A DNA stretch of 53,030 bases, the filler included, from Basidioascus undulatus (taxonomy: Eukaryota), in the NCBI GenBank assembly GCA_000826855.1. It is 3 parts of 3 records of this genome, joined end to end, with 100 filler letters (N's around TTAATTAATTAA, not from the genome) between each part and the next. Parts side by side here need not be neighbours in the genome. Positions count along the whole stretch, not along the records: positions 1 to 17,620 come from JTLS01000520.1; 2 more parts are not named here. One strand, 5' to 3'. The translations under genes and the position numbers were made by a program. Numbering within the stretch: position 1 is the stretch's first letter; each line of letters starts with the position of its first letter. Shown piece by piece: positions 1-11,496 of this stretch. The notes beneath the pieces are model-generated. The model ran no database searches, was not told the origin of the DNA, and was given only the letters and a program-made list of their open reading frames with translations.

Positions 1-73
1 CCCCCCCCCCCCAACACCCCGCTTACATTCAGTCCCTCGCCGCGCCCTTCTCACTAGAAGCAGGAACACACAC

Positions 74-324
74 CTAGACGCCGCCTCATAAGCCCTCAAC
101 ACGTCCCCCAGCGTCTTCCTTCCCACCTTGCCCGGCTCGCGCTCCGCGCGATCCACCGCCCCCGCCAGCTCGTCCAGCCCCATCCCCGCCGCCGCTAGCG
201 CAGCGAGCGCGGCGATCTCTGCCTCCGTGAGCGGGGCGCTTGTTCGGCTTGTGGTTGAATGAGAAGAGGTGGTGGTGGTGGACGACGAGGGCAAGGGAGG
301 AGTGCGCGAGGACGAGGCGAGCAT
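74..324 (-). CDS. First exon of a hypothetical protein; the gene runs off the window start
   Basis: ATG at 324 opens MLASSSRTPPLP...APLTEAEIAALAALAAAGMGLDELAGAVDRAEREPGKVGRKTLGDVLRAMRRRL. A GTGTGT donor follows at 73. Codon usage is GC3-rich. Confidence 0.5.
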
Positions 325-684
325 TTCGGGACGTGACGCGGAAGGGCGAAGCTGTGTGCAAGGGAAGGCGATTTCAATTCAACTTGCTATAGCCCGCGGC
401 AAGGGATTCACATTTCGCGAAAAATACCTGATTCAGGACCTCCCCGGACAATGTTGATAAAGTATTTGGTTATATGCACTACTGTATCGGGACTTTGTGT
501 CGTCAGGGACGACAGCCATTGGCATGTGAAAGTCCACGACGCTTCGCACAAGTTCAACCACCAGCAGGTCACAAGATCGACGGAACGCCATCTGCCTTGG
601 AGCGTACAAAAGGGGCCATTCCAGTCTCCATCTTGCAACACATCCACCACCTTACACATCCCAAAATACCTCAAACAATCAGAA

Positions 685-1335
685 ATGTCCTCGGCAGCCA
701 TTCCCATCCCTCTGCAGGACGTGCCCAACTACCCAGACGCGTTCGACAGTCCGTCCTTGCTTTCGTCTTCTTCCTTCTGTCTTTTCGCGCCCTTGTTGAT
801 TTCTTTGTGTGGGGGGACTGGGGGGATAGCAACCGACAACGGCGGCTACGGCCTCAACTCCTCCGGCTCAGCCTTCTCGCGGGCGAACCAGGCCGGCCTG
901 GCGGACGCACGCTCGCAGGGCAGCTTCGCCTCCGGTCGCTCCGCGAGTGTCAGTCCCAAGCGACTGCCGGTGCCCGTCAAGATTTCCACTGTGGCGGTCA
1001 AACCAACGGTGGTTGGGGAAGCGCCCGCAGTGGCGGTGGTAGAGCAGGAGGAAGACGGTGAGTGTATGCCGGGGTGAGGTGATGGAGAGGAGGCTGAGCG
1101 TGCAGGGGAGGGGACAGTGTGGGAGCCCGGATACCCGCCCCAGGGTTCGCCCTTTAGCAGGGCCAACCAACTCGGGCTCGACGCGCAGTCCCTCGGTCGC
1201 TTCACTTTCGCCGCCGCTGCAGCCCCGGCCGCCGCGAAGAAGGCGGTGCGGGCTGCCGCTGCGGCGCCGATGGCGGTCGTGCCGGCACCTGTTTCTGTCG
1301 TGGTGGATGAGTATGAGGGATACGATTGTGAGTAG
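685..1335 (+). CDS. Small 3-exon hypothetical protein with two internal GSxFSRANQxGL repeats
   Basis: ATG 685; introns about 749-829 (GTCCGT..TAG) and 1058-1116 (GTGAGT..CAG); TAG ending 1335. Repeats are GYGLNSSGSAFSRANQAGLADARSQGSF and GYPPQGSPFSRANQLGLDAQSLGRF. Confidence 0.7.
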
Positions 1336-2056
1336 ATGGGGATGAAGTGGGAGGGAGGGAGGTGGTGGATGCTGATTGCGTGGTTAACGGTGGTGACACA
1401 GCGACTGCGAGCGGCGGGTGGGGAGGGAACGAGTTTGGGGATGCGTATGCTAGGGCAAACCAGGTTGGGGCGGCGAGGGGGCAGTTCTTGTGAATGTGGC
1501 AAACTATTGGGGGTTCAGTGAATCCATGGGCCCGATTAAATGCTTCACGCAGCTGCAGCGCTGCTGGCTGGGAGGCCGGTCCGGTCCGCCGTGCATCGCA
1601 TTCCCGGCACCTGGATCCGCACCCATAGGCCAGCCAGCAATATTTACTTCTAAGCTGCAAATTCTCTCCCACACAATTTCTCGCAGTTCTGATTCAAGGT
1701 ATGCAACGAAGGCCGGACATGCAATAGACCTGCGTTGTGCCGGCTGTGACGCTCGCAGCCTCGTCTGCAACCATCAAAATATTTTTCTCCATCTCGCAAG
1801 ATATGTATTCCGGACAGAGAATACAGCATCTTCAAGCATCTTCAAGCTCACCGGTTGTAGTGGTTATGCGACCTTTGTGAGCGGCATCATACCGCAAAGA
1901 GGGGTGAGAATTCCTGACCAGCACTTTCACACGACGACCGCAGGCAGCCAAGGAGCAGTGGTGCACTGCCTCGCGACACCAACATTCTGCACATTGAACC
2001 CGCTTCAGATATCTCACAACGCCACAATCCTCACGACCACCTCGTAGCGACCGGGC

Positions 2057-2738
2057 ATGGCGCTGGACAGCAACACCTTCCAGCTGACGTTCCACCCGCG
2101 CCCGGACTCAGCGGGACTGCTTACGGACCTCAAAGACCGGCGGGGTAGCGTGCTGTACACGCGTCGGCGGGTGGCATGTACTACATCTCGTGGGGGCTAC
2201 GCGTTCGAACTCATAGGTGCGCTTCCGTCTTCACTTGCGGGAAGGAAGCCAGGAGCTCAGTGTAGGTGGTCGGGACAGACCCGCTCTCCGACTCCCTCCT
2301 CGCCTCGCTCTCCGCCCCCTCGCTCTCCGCCAAGCGCAAGGCGCTCAAGCTCCACAGCCCCGATGAAGAGACGGTCCTGGCGTGGAGCGGGGTGTTTAAC
2401 TTTGAGTGGACGTTCGAGTGGGAGGGGTGCGTCGGCTTCCACTGCTTTCCCTGCTTTCCCAGTACTGCGCGGCTGGGGACTGAGGTGGGAGGGAGCAGGC
2501 ATCGATTCGACTGGAGGAAAGAGCTGTTTGGGGGTTATAACTGCAATGTCCTCAGAAAGCCCGATCCGAGCGTGGCGGTCTGCTTGTGCGTCTTCCTCCC
2601 CTTCGCCACTACTCCGTCACCCCTCGCACTAACCCTCCTACTTGCCACTTTTTCTCCGAAGATTCAAGACAGCCGGCCACCACCGGCCCGCAGCCTTGCA
2701 GATAATGGACTACAACATAACGCGGTTCGATATCTCTG
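2057..2738 (+). CDS. Conserved-looking fungal hypothetical protein, apparently 3'-truncated
   Basis: Spliceable exons: MALDSNTFQLTFHPRPD.., DPLSDSLLASLSAPSLSAKRKALKLHSPD..FNFEWTFEWEG, HRFDWRKE..RKPDPSVAVC, AALQIMDYNITRFDI. A GCACGT donor follows at 2739, with no continuing exon or stop found before the next gene. Confidence 0.6.
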
Positions 2739-2879
2739 GCACGTCTCCCCCCTTCCCATTTCCCCTTCCTTCGCCTCCTCCCCCTTTCACCACCCCTCCG
2801 CTTCTTCCTCTTTTTCCACACAACCACAAAGAACACCCACCCTCCTTTTTCTTCTCAACAACCAACCAAACCACACAGC

Positions 2880-3333
2880 ATGTCCGACACATCAGCCCCC
2901 CAGCCCTCCCAGCCCTCCCTGGTCGGGGGGCACGTGAAGGTGCTCCTCTTCATTCTTCACCTGGCTTTCCGCTTTCCGCCTTCTGCAAGGTATGATGGTT
3001 AAATGGTTGGGCGGGACATTGTGGGAGTGTAGTACGCCGCCGGAGCAGCCAAAGAAGCACTCGGGTACGGGCGCGAGACGAAGGAGGCTGGGCTGCGGGA
3101 GATGCGGGATGCTTCTGCGGAGGTGCGTCGTTTTCTCCCTCTTCCCTCACCTTACACCTTACACCTTTCTTCCTTCAATGGGGTATTGCTGCGATTGTAT
3201 GGGTGAGAAAAAGTAGGGAGGAGAGAAAGCAGGGAACCAGCCCACGCTCGGGAAAGCGGAAAAGACGCTTGGGGGCGCGGTCGGGTGCGAGGGGATGGTT
3301 AGGGAGGGGGAGGAGCGGGAGCAAGCTGTTTGA
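2880..3333 (+). CDS. Small hydrophilic CsbD-like / stress-type fungal protein
   Basis: Three exons give MSDTSAPQPSQPSLVGGHVK|YAAGAAKEALGYGRETKEAGLREMRDASAE|GGEKAGNQPTLGKAEKTLGGAVGCEGMVREGEEREQAV*. PSLxGGH and GCEGM are recalled as typical of this fungal family. Confidence 0.7.
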
Positions 3334-4420
3334 AGTAGACATTTCTTGAGGGACGCGAAATATGAACGCGTGATAACGAGTTTGCTCGGGTGGGTGTTGC
3401 TATGAACCGGTCAGTTTGAGCGGTTCGGATATGCCAAAGCTGAAGCGCTCGCTGTCCAGCAACGGGTCCGCTGGTAACGTAAACCAGATTGGAAGAGACT
3501 CTCGGGTGGTGGGGCTCTCAGGTCGGCGGGCAAGGGAAACGCAGGCTGCTGCTGACGCTCTGGTATTCTGGCTTATGGGAAGCAGACGTTGCGCTAGCAA
3601 CTACCTCAAAGAGCTGTATCTCTCTTATGGGTAACTTTCCATAAGAAAGCACCCTGAGAGGTCAGGCATTTGGTGTATGTCGATGTAGCTCTACCTCGAC
3701 CTTGCAACGGTTTACATGGTGAAAGCAAGAACGAGGCGGTCGAGGACTTGACGGGAGGCAGTATGTGCCCTGCCGGGTGTCCAAATTTCTCGGTATACTT
3801 CCATTGGTACTCTATCCAGCCCGCAAATGTGGCTGTAGCCGTAAGAAAGACTCGAATACAGTCCAGTGGATTATACCGATAGCTGGGGCCAACTGCGGCC
3901 TGCGGCTGCATGCACCTTGCCACTTTCGCGTGTGTAGCCCATAGCGTTACAATACTGGAGTTACAGGAACATGACCAGGCTTGCATGAGAACACTACCTC
4001 TAGAGGAAGTCTGGTATAAGAAGAACAGGTGAAGACAAGCATGGACGTGCCGACCGACTCGGAGGCTGCTGTGGCGAGAACTTTTAACGCCGGGCGACGG
4101 TTCGCTGGCACCACTCTTCAAAAACGGTACTGAAAGAAATAATGCAAGGATGTTCAGAAGCCTGCTAGAGAAGCGGAGGGAAAGGGTGCCAGGGACGACG
4201 ACATGATGCACAAAGGAAATTCCAGGTGAGCAGTCCACGGGCGTTCCGCGAAGACGGCACTGCTGTACTAGTCCTAACTAGTCTGACAGCGAACGGGCCT
4301 GGGTTGGCCGTTTGCCACCAGTTTTCACTTTCTTCTTACGTCTTTCTTTGCCTCCTGTACCTGCCTAACACTCACGAAAACTCATTAACTTCAAATTTCT
4401 ATCGTTCTCCCCTCTTCAAA

Positions 4421-6127
4421 ATGGCGGAACCCCGCGCCGACTCCCCCCCGCCGACCTTCTCGCCGGCCTTCCTCTCCTCCTTCGCCTACACGCCCTCCCC
4501 CCGGCGCTCGCAGCGCGCAACGTCTACCCCAAAGCGGCCCTACATCGATCACGGCTCGTCCTCCGAGCCTGAAGAGCCGACCGCAACCCCGAAGGCGAAG
4601 CGGTACCGCGTGCCGCTGACGCCCGGGCCGCCGAACTCGAAGAAGAGGAAGACGACCGCGTCCGCGTTTCCGTCGGTGACGGCGGCGCCGAAGAAGGCGA
4701 AGGCCCCGAAGAAGAACGGGAAGTCCGGGTATTCCCCGCCCGAGCAATATGCGGATTATATGCCGGTCGTGGACCACGTTGGGCCACAGCTGGACGGTAA
4801 GTCTGTCTGCTTCCGCTTGCACGACTCAACGGGCTCATCGCTAACAATCTGCTCTTTTTGTAATACAAAGTCCTCTTCTCGGGTACGATAAGTTTATTGC
4901 CTAGCAGAAATAGCTGCGAGATTGCTGAGCCTGACGGAGTGCCACGCACGCAGGCATCAACCCCGGCCTGACCAGCTCAGCAACGCAGCACCACTTTGCG
5001 CACCCTACCAACCACTTCTACAAGTGTCTTCATCGCGGAGGTCCGTCGATTCTGTTCCTCGTCTATACACGAGGTACCCCGAATTGAAGCGTTTGTCACA
5101 GGCTTCACGCCCAAGCTCATCCCGCCAACGGAGGACCACACCCTGCCCGCGCGCTTCAACATCGGTCTGGTCCGTCTCTTCCTCCTCCTCCTCCTCTTCG
5201 AGCCTCTTCCTTCCGTCTTAAAATCTCATTACATCCGAACCGACAGACCAACCTCGCCGGCCGCCCAACGAACAACGCGTCCGAGCTGTCCGCGTCCGAG
5301 AAGCGCGCCGCAGTCCCCGAGCTGCTCGCCAAACTCTCGCTCTACCAGCCGCACATTCTCTGCCTCGTGGGGAAGAGCATCTGGCAGTCTATCGAGGGCG
5401 CTGTTCGCACCGCGTCGTCCGGCGCGCCGGCGCCGAGGGGCAAGGCGGGCGGCAGCCCCGCAGCTGGAAAGGGGAAGGCGAAGGCGAAGGCGAAGACGCC
5501 GGAGAAGGGGAAGGGGAAGGGTAAGGAGAAGGAGAAGGAGAAGGTCTGGTTGGAGGCGGACGAGAAGACGGGATTCAGAGTGCGCGAGTACAAGATGGTC
5601 CACCCCGACACCGGGAGGGAGACGATCTTCTTCGTCGTGCCGAGCACGTCGGGACTGGTGAGTTCCTTGGCGTTCTCGCTCCTTTCCGCGAGGAAGTTCA
5701 ACCGACTTCTTACTCCAACCTCGTTTCAGGTCCAAACGTATCAAGTCTGTTGCTCGCACTATCAGACCCCGTACTGCCCCGGCGCTGACGCCCGACTGTC
5801 CCTCAGCTCCCGACGAAGGCCAGAGCGTTCGCAGCGTGCAGGGAGACGCTCGAGCTCATCAAAGCGGGCAAGTACGACACGTCCGCCATGCGCGTGATCG
5901 ACTTCGACGCCGTGTACCGGAAGGCGGGCGTCCCGCGCCCGGCGGTGAAGGTCGAGGTCGGGGTGAAGGTGGAGGAGGCGGTGAAGGCTGAGGTCGAGAT
6001 GGAAGATGTGAAGCCCGTGCTGAAGACGGAGGAGGTGAAGGAGGACGAAGAGGAGACGGTCGATGCCGAGGTGGAGCGGGCCATTAAGGCGGAGCTGGAG
6101 GAGGAGGTCATGGCTGAGGGGGGTTGA
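4421..6127 (+). CDS. G/U mismatch-specific uracil/thymine DNA glycosylase (TDG/MUG family, Thp1-like)
   Basis: Spliced motifs VLFSG-INPG..HHFAHPTNHFYKCL, IGLTNLAGRPT, LVGKSIW and FFVVPSTSGL, with a basic low-complexity N-terminus. Confidence 0.92.
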
Positions 6128-6557
6128 TGGAACGCAGAGTTGAAGTGTTCTCCTGCTTGCTTCGTTTGACTTGCACATCATAGCGGCGTCGTACTTGATG
6201 CAGTCCCTGTTGCTCGCACGTCGTTCGACACGCAATACACCTTCGCGTCCGCTTTGGCCTTGCAATGAACATCCTGTCTAATATTGTCCAAGCAAATCCT
6301 GTATAATACAAGAACCGGCGCAGTCTAGCGGCGAGCGGTTCCACGAGCTTCTTGAATGGCGAGTCACTTGCCCTCGGCCTCGTACGACGCCCGGTTCTTC
6401 GCTGGAGAAAAGAACACAAAATAAGCCAAGTCTCCCAGACCCGAGCTGCACGCGACGCACCCGTTCGGACCCGATCCAGAGTGATCTGAACTTGCCATTG
6501 GCGCCGCTCGCTTGCCTCGCGGCAGTTCGTCCGCTGTACCCTCCAAAAGGCGAAGCT

Positions 6558-7976
6558 TCATGCGCTGCCAGCTTCGTCTAAGTCCTCGTTCCCCACCCTG
6601 CCCGTCCGCGCCTTCTCCGCCAGGTCGAGCAGAACGTAGGCGCCCTCGTGGTCGTGCAACGGCGGCGCAGGCGCGGGGGTGGCGAAACGCAGGGCCGGAC
6701 GCGCAACCGCTTCGCGCAGGGGGCGACGCGGTGGTGTACTAGGCTTCGGGGCGGGGCGCGGGGGCTCGGTCTTCGATTGGGAAGGGAAAGAGAGGCCCAC
6801 TTTAAGGGCCGGTTCGCTGCCAGCAAACGCTCGCGCTCCCGCGGCGGCTGCTTCAGTGGCCTTTTCACGCTCCTCGGCCTTCCTTGCGCCCTGGATCTCG
6901 GCACCATCCACTTCGGCAGAGGCGGCGCACGTGGATAGCGCATGAATTCACAAATCCACGTTCTATATATTCGGTCAGCACCGGTTTGGTTATTCTATTG
7001 CGAGTGCGAATTCGAGAAGAAGATGGGAGACGCACATTGTTTTAGGTACCCTACAAGGCCGGAAAGCCGCAGGCGATCAGCCAAGGTCTCAGTTTCCTCG
7101 GCGACGTGCCACATGTACCGGATCAAAGGCGAGGACCAGTCGACGCCCGTCGCGTCCGTACGCGGCCCCAACGCGAGACCGAGTTGACGTGCGGCCTCGG
7201 CAGCCGCAGCAATTCGAGATTGGCGCTGAGGAATGAGCTAGGATTGAGTGGACTCATCGGGGGACAATTGGATCAAGCGCAGCACGTAAAAGCCCAACGA
7301 AACCTTAACACTTTTCCGAGAGAGGGCCACGCCTGCTCCCCTCTAAGTCCCAGGACGACGTTAACCTCCTCTGGATGTCTCAGCCCGTTACTGCTGGCCG
7401 AAGCGAGGCGTCCCGCCGGCCCAAAGATCGTCGACCGACGCCCACAGGGTGTTTTGTGGGCTCTTCTCGGTGTTCGGCTGTGCAAAAGGGTTGACTGGTG
7501 GGAAGAAGTGACAGAACGGAGGGGCGTACATGGACGACACTGTCGTCGACGTGCATCATCATGACTTCATGAGGATCTTGCCAAAGGGGCGGCTTGTCTT
7601 TGACGAGCTTCGAGCGGACGCGGCCTGCGATCGAAGAGGCGTTCAGGATCGCGAAACACTCGGTTCCCGCGTCCGGCTGCGATCGATCGAGAGCCACATA
7701 GATGGGGGCGTACAGAGAGGATGGGCGTGACTGAAAAATGCGCTTGCGGAACGAGCTCAGGACTTCGTCGTACAGCACCGGAGGTGACCAGTCCGTAGCC
7801 CACTGGCTCGTGAACGGTGTCGATCGGCGGAAGTGGCTGTCTAGGTCGGGGGGAGTAAGGAGGAAGGGCGGGAAGGGGTTCTCGGTGAGGCAGGCCGGCA
7901 GGTTGAGTGCTGTGAGAGACTCGGCGTCGGGGATGGGCAGGTAGTCGACGAAATTGGGCGAGAGCGCAAGGGGGCT
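6558..7976 (-). CDS. Multi-exon hypothetical protein (boundaries uncertain)
   Basis: Long open exon PLALSPNFVDYLPIPDAESL...WQDPHEVMMMHVDDSVVH between a CCAG acceptor and a GTACG donor. Further coding-like segments at about 7040-7170 and 6558-6945. No family recognised. Confidence 0.4.
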
Positions 7977-8913
7977 GGAGTGATGTCACACATCAGCGCA
8001 AGGGTGCGGCAGCTCTGACTAGTTGCGGTGAATTAGGATGATTGCGTACACGGTAGGCAAGACGTGGGATGCGGCTGGAGACGGGAAACCGGGAAGTGCG
8101 AGCACGACACTATCGCGAGCTTGATACGGTTGAGCGACTCTTTCCACCCCGTCTACCACTATCGGGACGCCGGCTGACTGTGATGTGCTCGTCTGAACAC
8201 ACGAATGCAGGCCCCAGGTCATCCACATCGCGACGAAAAAGACCTGGAGCTCGAAGAGCGTCTGTAGAGCGAGCGGTGTTCTTTAGCTAAAGAACTGTGA
8301 CACTTCTCTTGAGGCGTCAGCAAAAGGAAACGCACCTTCTGGCCGCAGTGCCTCTCTATGAGTGTACGAGCGCGCGACTGGCATACTCGGAAAGGCAAGA
8401 ACGAAATGCAATCGAGGGGCTCGGAGGGGAGCGAAGGGTACTTTGAGAATCGAACTCATAAGCGAATCACAATGAGGCCAGTCCGTTTTATTGTGTGAGG
8501 CGCGTACCAGGAAGGCGGACAGTCCGCAAAGTTCGCTGTGAGGCACGAAAAGCATAGCGAACTGCGAAGCTATAGTACATTCATTATGTGTCGTCCGTCT
8601 ACTTGAGATTATTGAATTCCCACGGCTGTCTTCGACGATCGATGGTGGGGAAATGAGGGAGACATACTGAAGAGGCCACGATGGCTTAGATGTGATCGAT
8701 GGCATCCGAAAGCGACGAGTGAGGCAGAGGTTCAGATGAGAGATACGACTCGAACGAGGTGGCAGTGTCAAGGGCGAAGTCCGTTTGAGGTCCGCGGACG
8801 ACCCGTGCCCCAAACTTGCCTGCTCGTGTGCTTCCTTTTTGCCTGCTTTCCGCAACCTCGACATTCGCACATCACACTCGTTGCACTAACTTTCACTTCC
8901 TCAAAATTTCGAT

Positions 8914-11001
8914 ATGGCTGACAATTCAAAACCATCGGAGGCGGTGCCGCTCTTGCCCTACCTCATTCTGTTCTCGCAATCCCTCCTCTCGTACCGCCTT
9001 CCCGAGCTGGATTCGATCGCTCTCGTTACCAACGTTCCCCTCGTTCGACCGCCTGACGAGCTCTGCAATCTCCAGAGCGCATGCATGGTCGTTCACCTTC
9101 GTGGAGACGAAGATGCCCGGAAGCTCGGCTCACGCGGAGTCCTGGTCAAGTGCGCCTCTGCTGCGTCTTGAGAGTCTGGACATTCGCGCTAACGGGCTAT
9201 GCCTATACTCGATAGGTCCATCTACGAGCTTTACGGGCTGGGAAAGACCTACGACGAGCTGCATATAGATGTCCAGGCTAGTCGCTCGCGATGGGCGAAA
9301 TACGTTCCGGACGCGTCGTACGCGCTCGACATTCTCGCGCCAAATCATTCGGTCCCGCGCGAGCGCTGGGCGGAGACTCTCAAAGGATTCGGGTATCTCA
9401 GTCTCAGCGGACGGGTGGACCTCAAAAACCCCGATGTACGACTGGTCACGGTGGAAGACTGTGCGTTGTTTAGGAGACGCGGGAAGGGAGAGCGTTCGCT
9501 GACTTGGTTTCGAACAGATCCGCCGAAAGCGGCCAATGTTGGGGTTAAGGCGTTCAATGATTTGAGATTCAGGAACGTCTTCTTTGGGAGGAAGGCATGT
9601 CTGCTTTGTGCACTTCCACGCCGCATGACAACTAACGCCTTCGGGACATTTCGCAGGTCTGCGACGGGCAACGCGATTTGATCAAGAAATTTGTCGGTGC
9701 TATTAAGCATGCCTGAACCCTTCGCATTTGACCTGACATTCTCCCCCGAGGGTCAACAGGACGTCAAGAAGCGTCGATACTTCGGTAACACTTCCATGGA
9801 AGCCGAGATTTCAATCTTGATGGCGAACCAAGCTCTGGTGCGCTGCCACGCGTCTTGTTCTGCACAGGTCAATTGTGTCTCACAGGCTCTTGACCGCAGG
9901 CCGGCCCAGGCAAGCTGCACTACGACCCCTTCGCGGGCACCGGCTCGATGCTGTACCTCTCCGCGCACTTCGGGTCCTACGTGTTCGGTTCCGACCTCGA
10001 CGGACGTCAGATGCGCGGCCAAGGTGCGTTCCGCCCCGCTCGTCTGTTCCCCACCTTTGTTTTGTTTCACTCATCGATACTGTGCCCTCACAGCCGGTGC
10101 CGATCGCATCAAGCACCCCAAAGCCGGCGACGGGGGGATCTCAGCAGCCGCAGAGTCGTACCGCCTGCAGAACCGGTTCATCGATTTGCTTACGGCGGAC
10201 GTGACGAGGGTGGGTTGGAGGCGCGGGGGGATCTTGGACGGGATCATTACGGACCCTCCGGTGCGTGTTTCCTTATCTGACTAGCTTCTACACATCCTTA
10301 AAGTTGTACGGCGATCGGACAGTACGGCGTGCGCGCCGGCGCAAAGCGGCTGGGCTTGGCTCCCGGCGCTGTCGTCCCACCAAAGTGAGTCGCGCATCGC
10401 GTCGTCTTAAACTTCCTAGTTCAACGCCGCCGCTCACCGCTTCCGAACCAGTCTCAAACCCACCTCGTTCCCTCCGATCCAAGACTACGCGCTCCCCTCC
10501 CTCGCATCCGACCTCCTCCTCACCGCCTTCCACCTCCTCCGCCCCGGTGGGCGGCTCGTATACTTCCTCCCAACCGTCAACGACGAGTACCAGCCGACGG
10601 ACGTGCCCGAGCATCCAGGCATGCGGCTCGTCGCCAACAGCATTCAAGATTTCGGGAAGTGGGCCAGGCGGGTGCGTCATTCAGGAGGAGATCGAGAAGG
10701 AGGGACGAAGCTGATTTGGGGGAGGACGGCGGACAGTTGATAACGATGGAGAAGAAGCGGGATATGGAGGGGGTGGAGGAGGCCGATGAGGAGGAGCTGA
10801 TAGCTGCTATGAGGCGGTTGAAAGCGGACTGGGAAGAGGCGGAGATGGGGAAGCCGGAGGCGGCGAGGAGCGTGAGCCACCAGGACTTCAGGGTCAAGGT
10901 CCGTTTCACACATCACTCTCTTCCATGTGCAACAGCGCCGATGGCTTACACAAACATTTGAATCGCAGTATTTCAACAGGTTCACCCCCGTGGCGCGATA
11001 G
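8914..11001 (+). CDS. TRM11: tRNA (guanine(10)-N2)-methyltransferase catalytic subunit
   Basis: Motifs YRLPELDS, DVKKRRYFGNTSMEAEISILMANQAL, YDPFAGTGSMLY, GSDLDGRQMRG and IITDPP|YGVRAGAKRLG; terminal exon YFNRFTPVAR*. Confidence 0.95.
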
Positions 11002-11496
11002 GGTTCCATGAATGAGCGACCTTGTGCACAAACGCGTTCGGCCAGCGCCGACGTGTGAGATGACTGCCCACCATCTTTAAAGAAACGCGCGGTTCGGGAA
11101 GTCTAATTTACACCGGTTCTTCCGATGGCTCACGTTCGTCGAGGAAGACGAAAGCGCAGGCTGGCTGTATACTTTCGCCAGGCGGTCATTCTTTCCTTCC
11201 CTCTTCTGTCGCGTACTGCGAGACAATTCCCCTTACTCTTCCATCTTCAGTGCACGTATAGATGCATTTCCAAAGTTTAACTTTTTGTGTCCCCCGGCAA
11301 GGCCGTCGAGATCCACAGGCAAGGGCGGCACGAAACGAAGGTTGGTGCAGGTCGCCGGTCCGGTATGCCGTTTCTTATCGGCCGGCCGGCCCGGGTGCCT
11401 GAAGCAATCACTGATTGATGATTTCAGTTCAAGAATAACTGATCGCACGTGGGGGCTGCGGAGAAGTCCTTATCGCAGTGGTTATTCTCGTCACTG

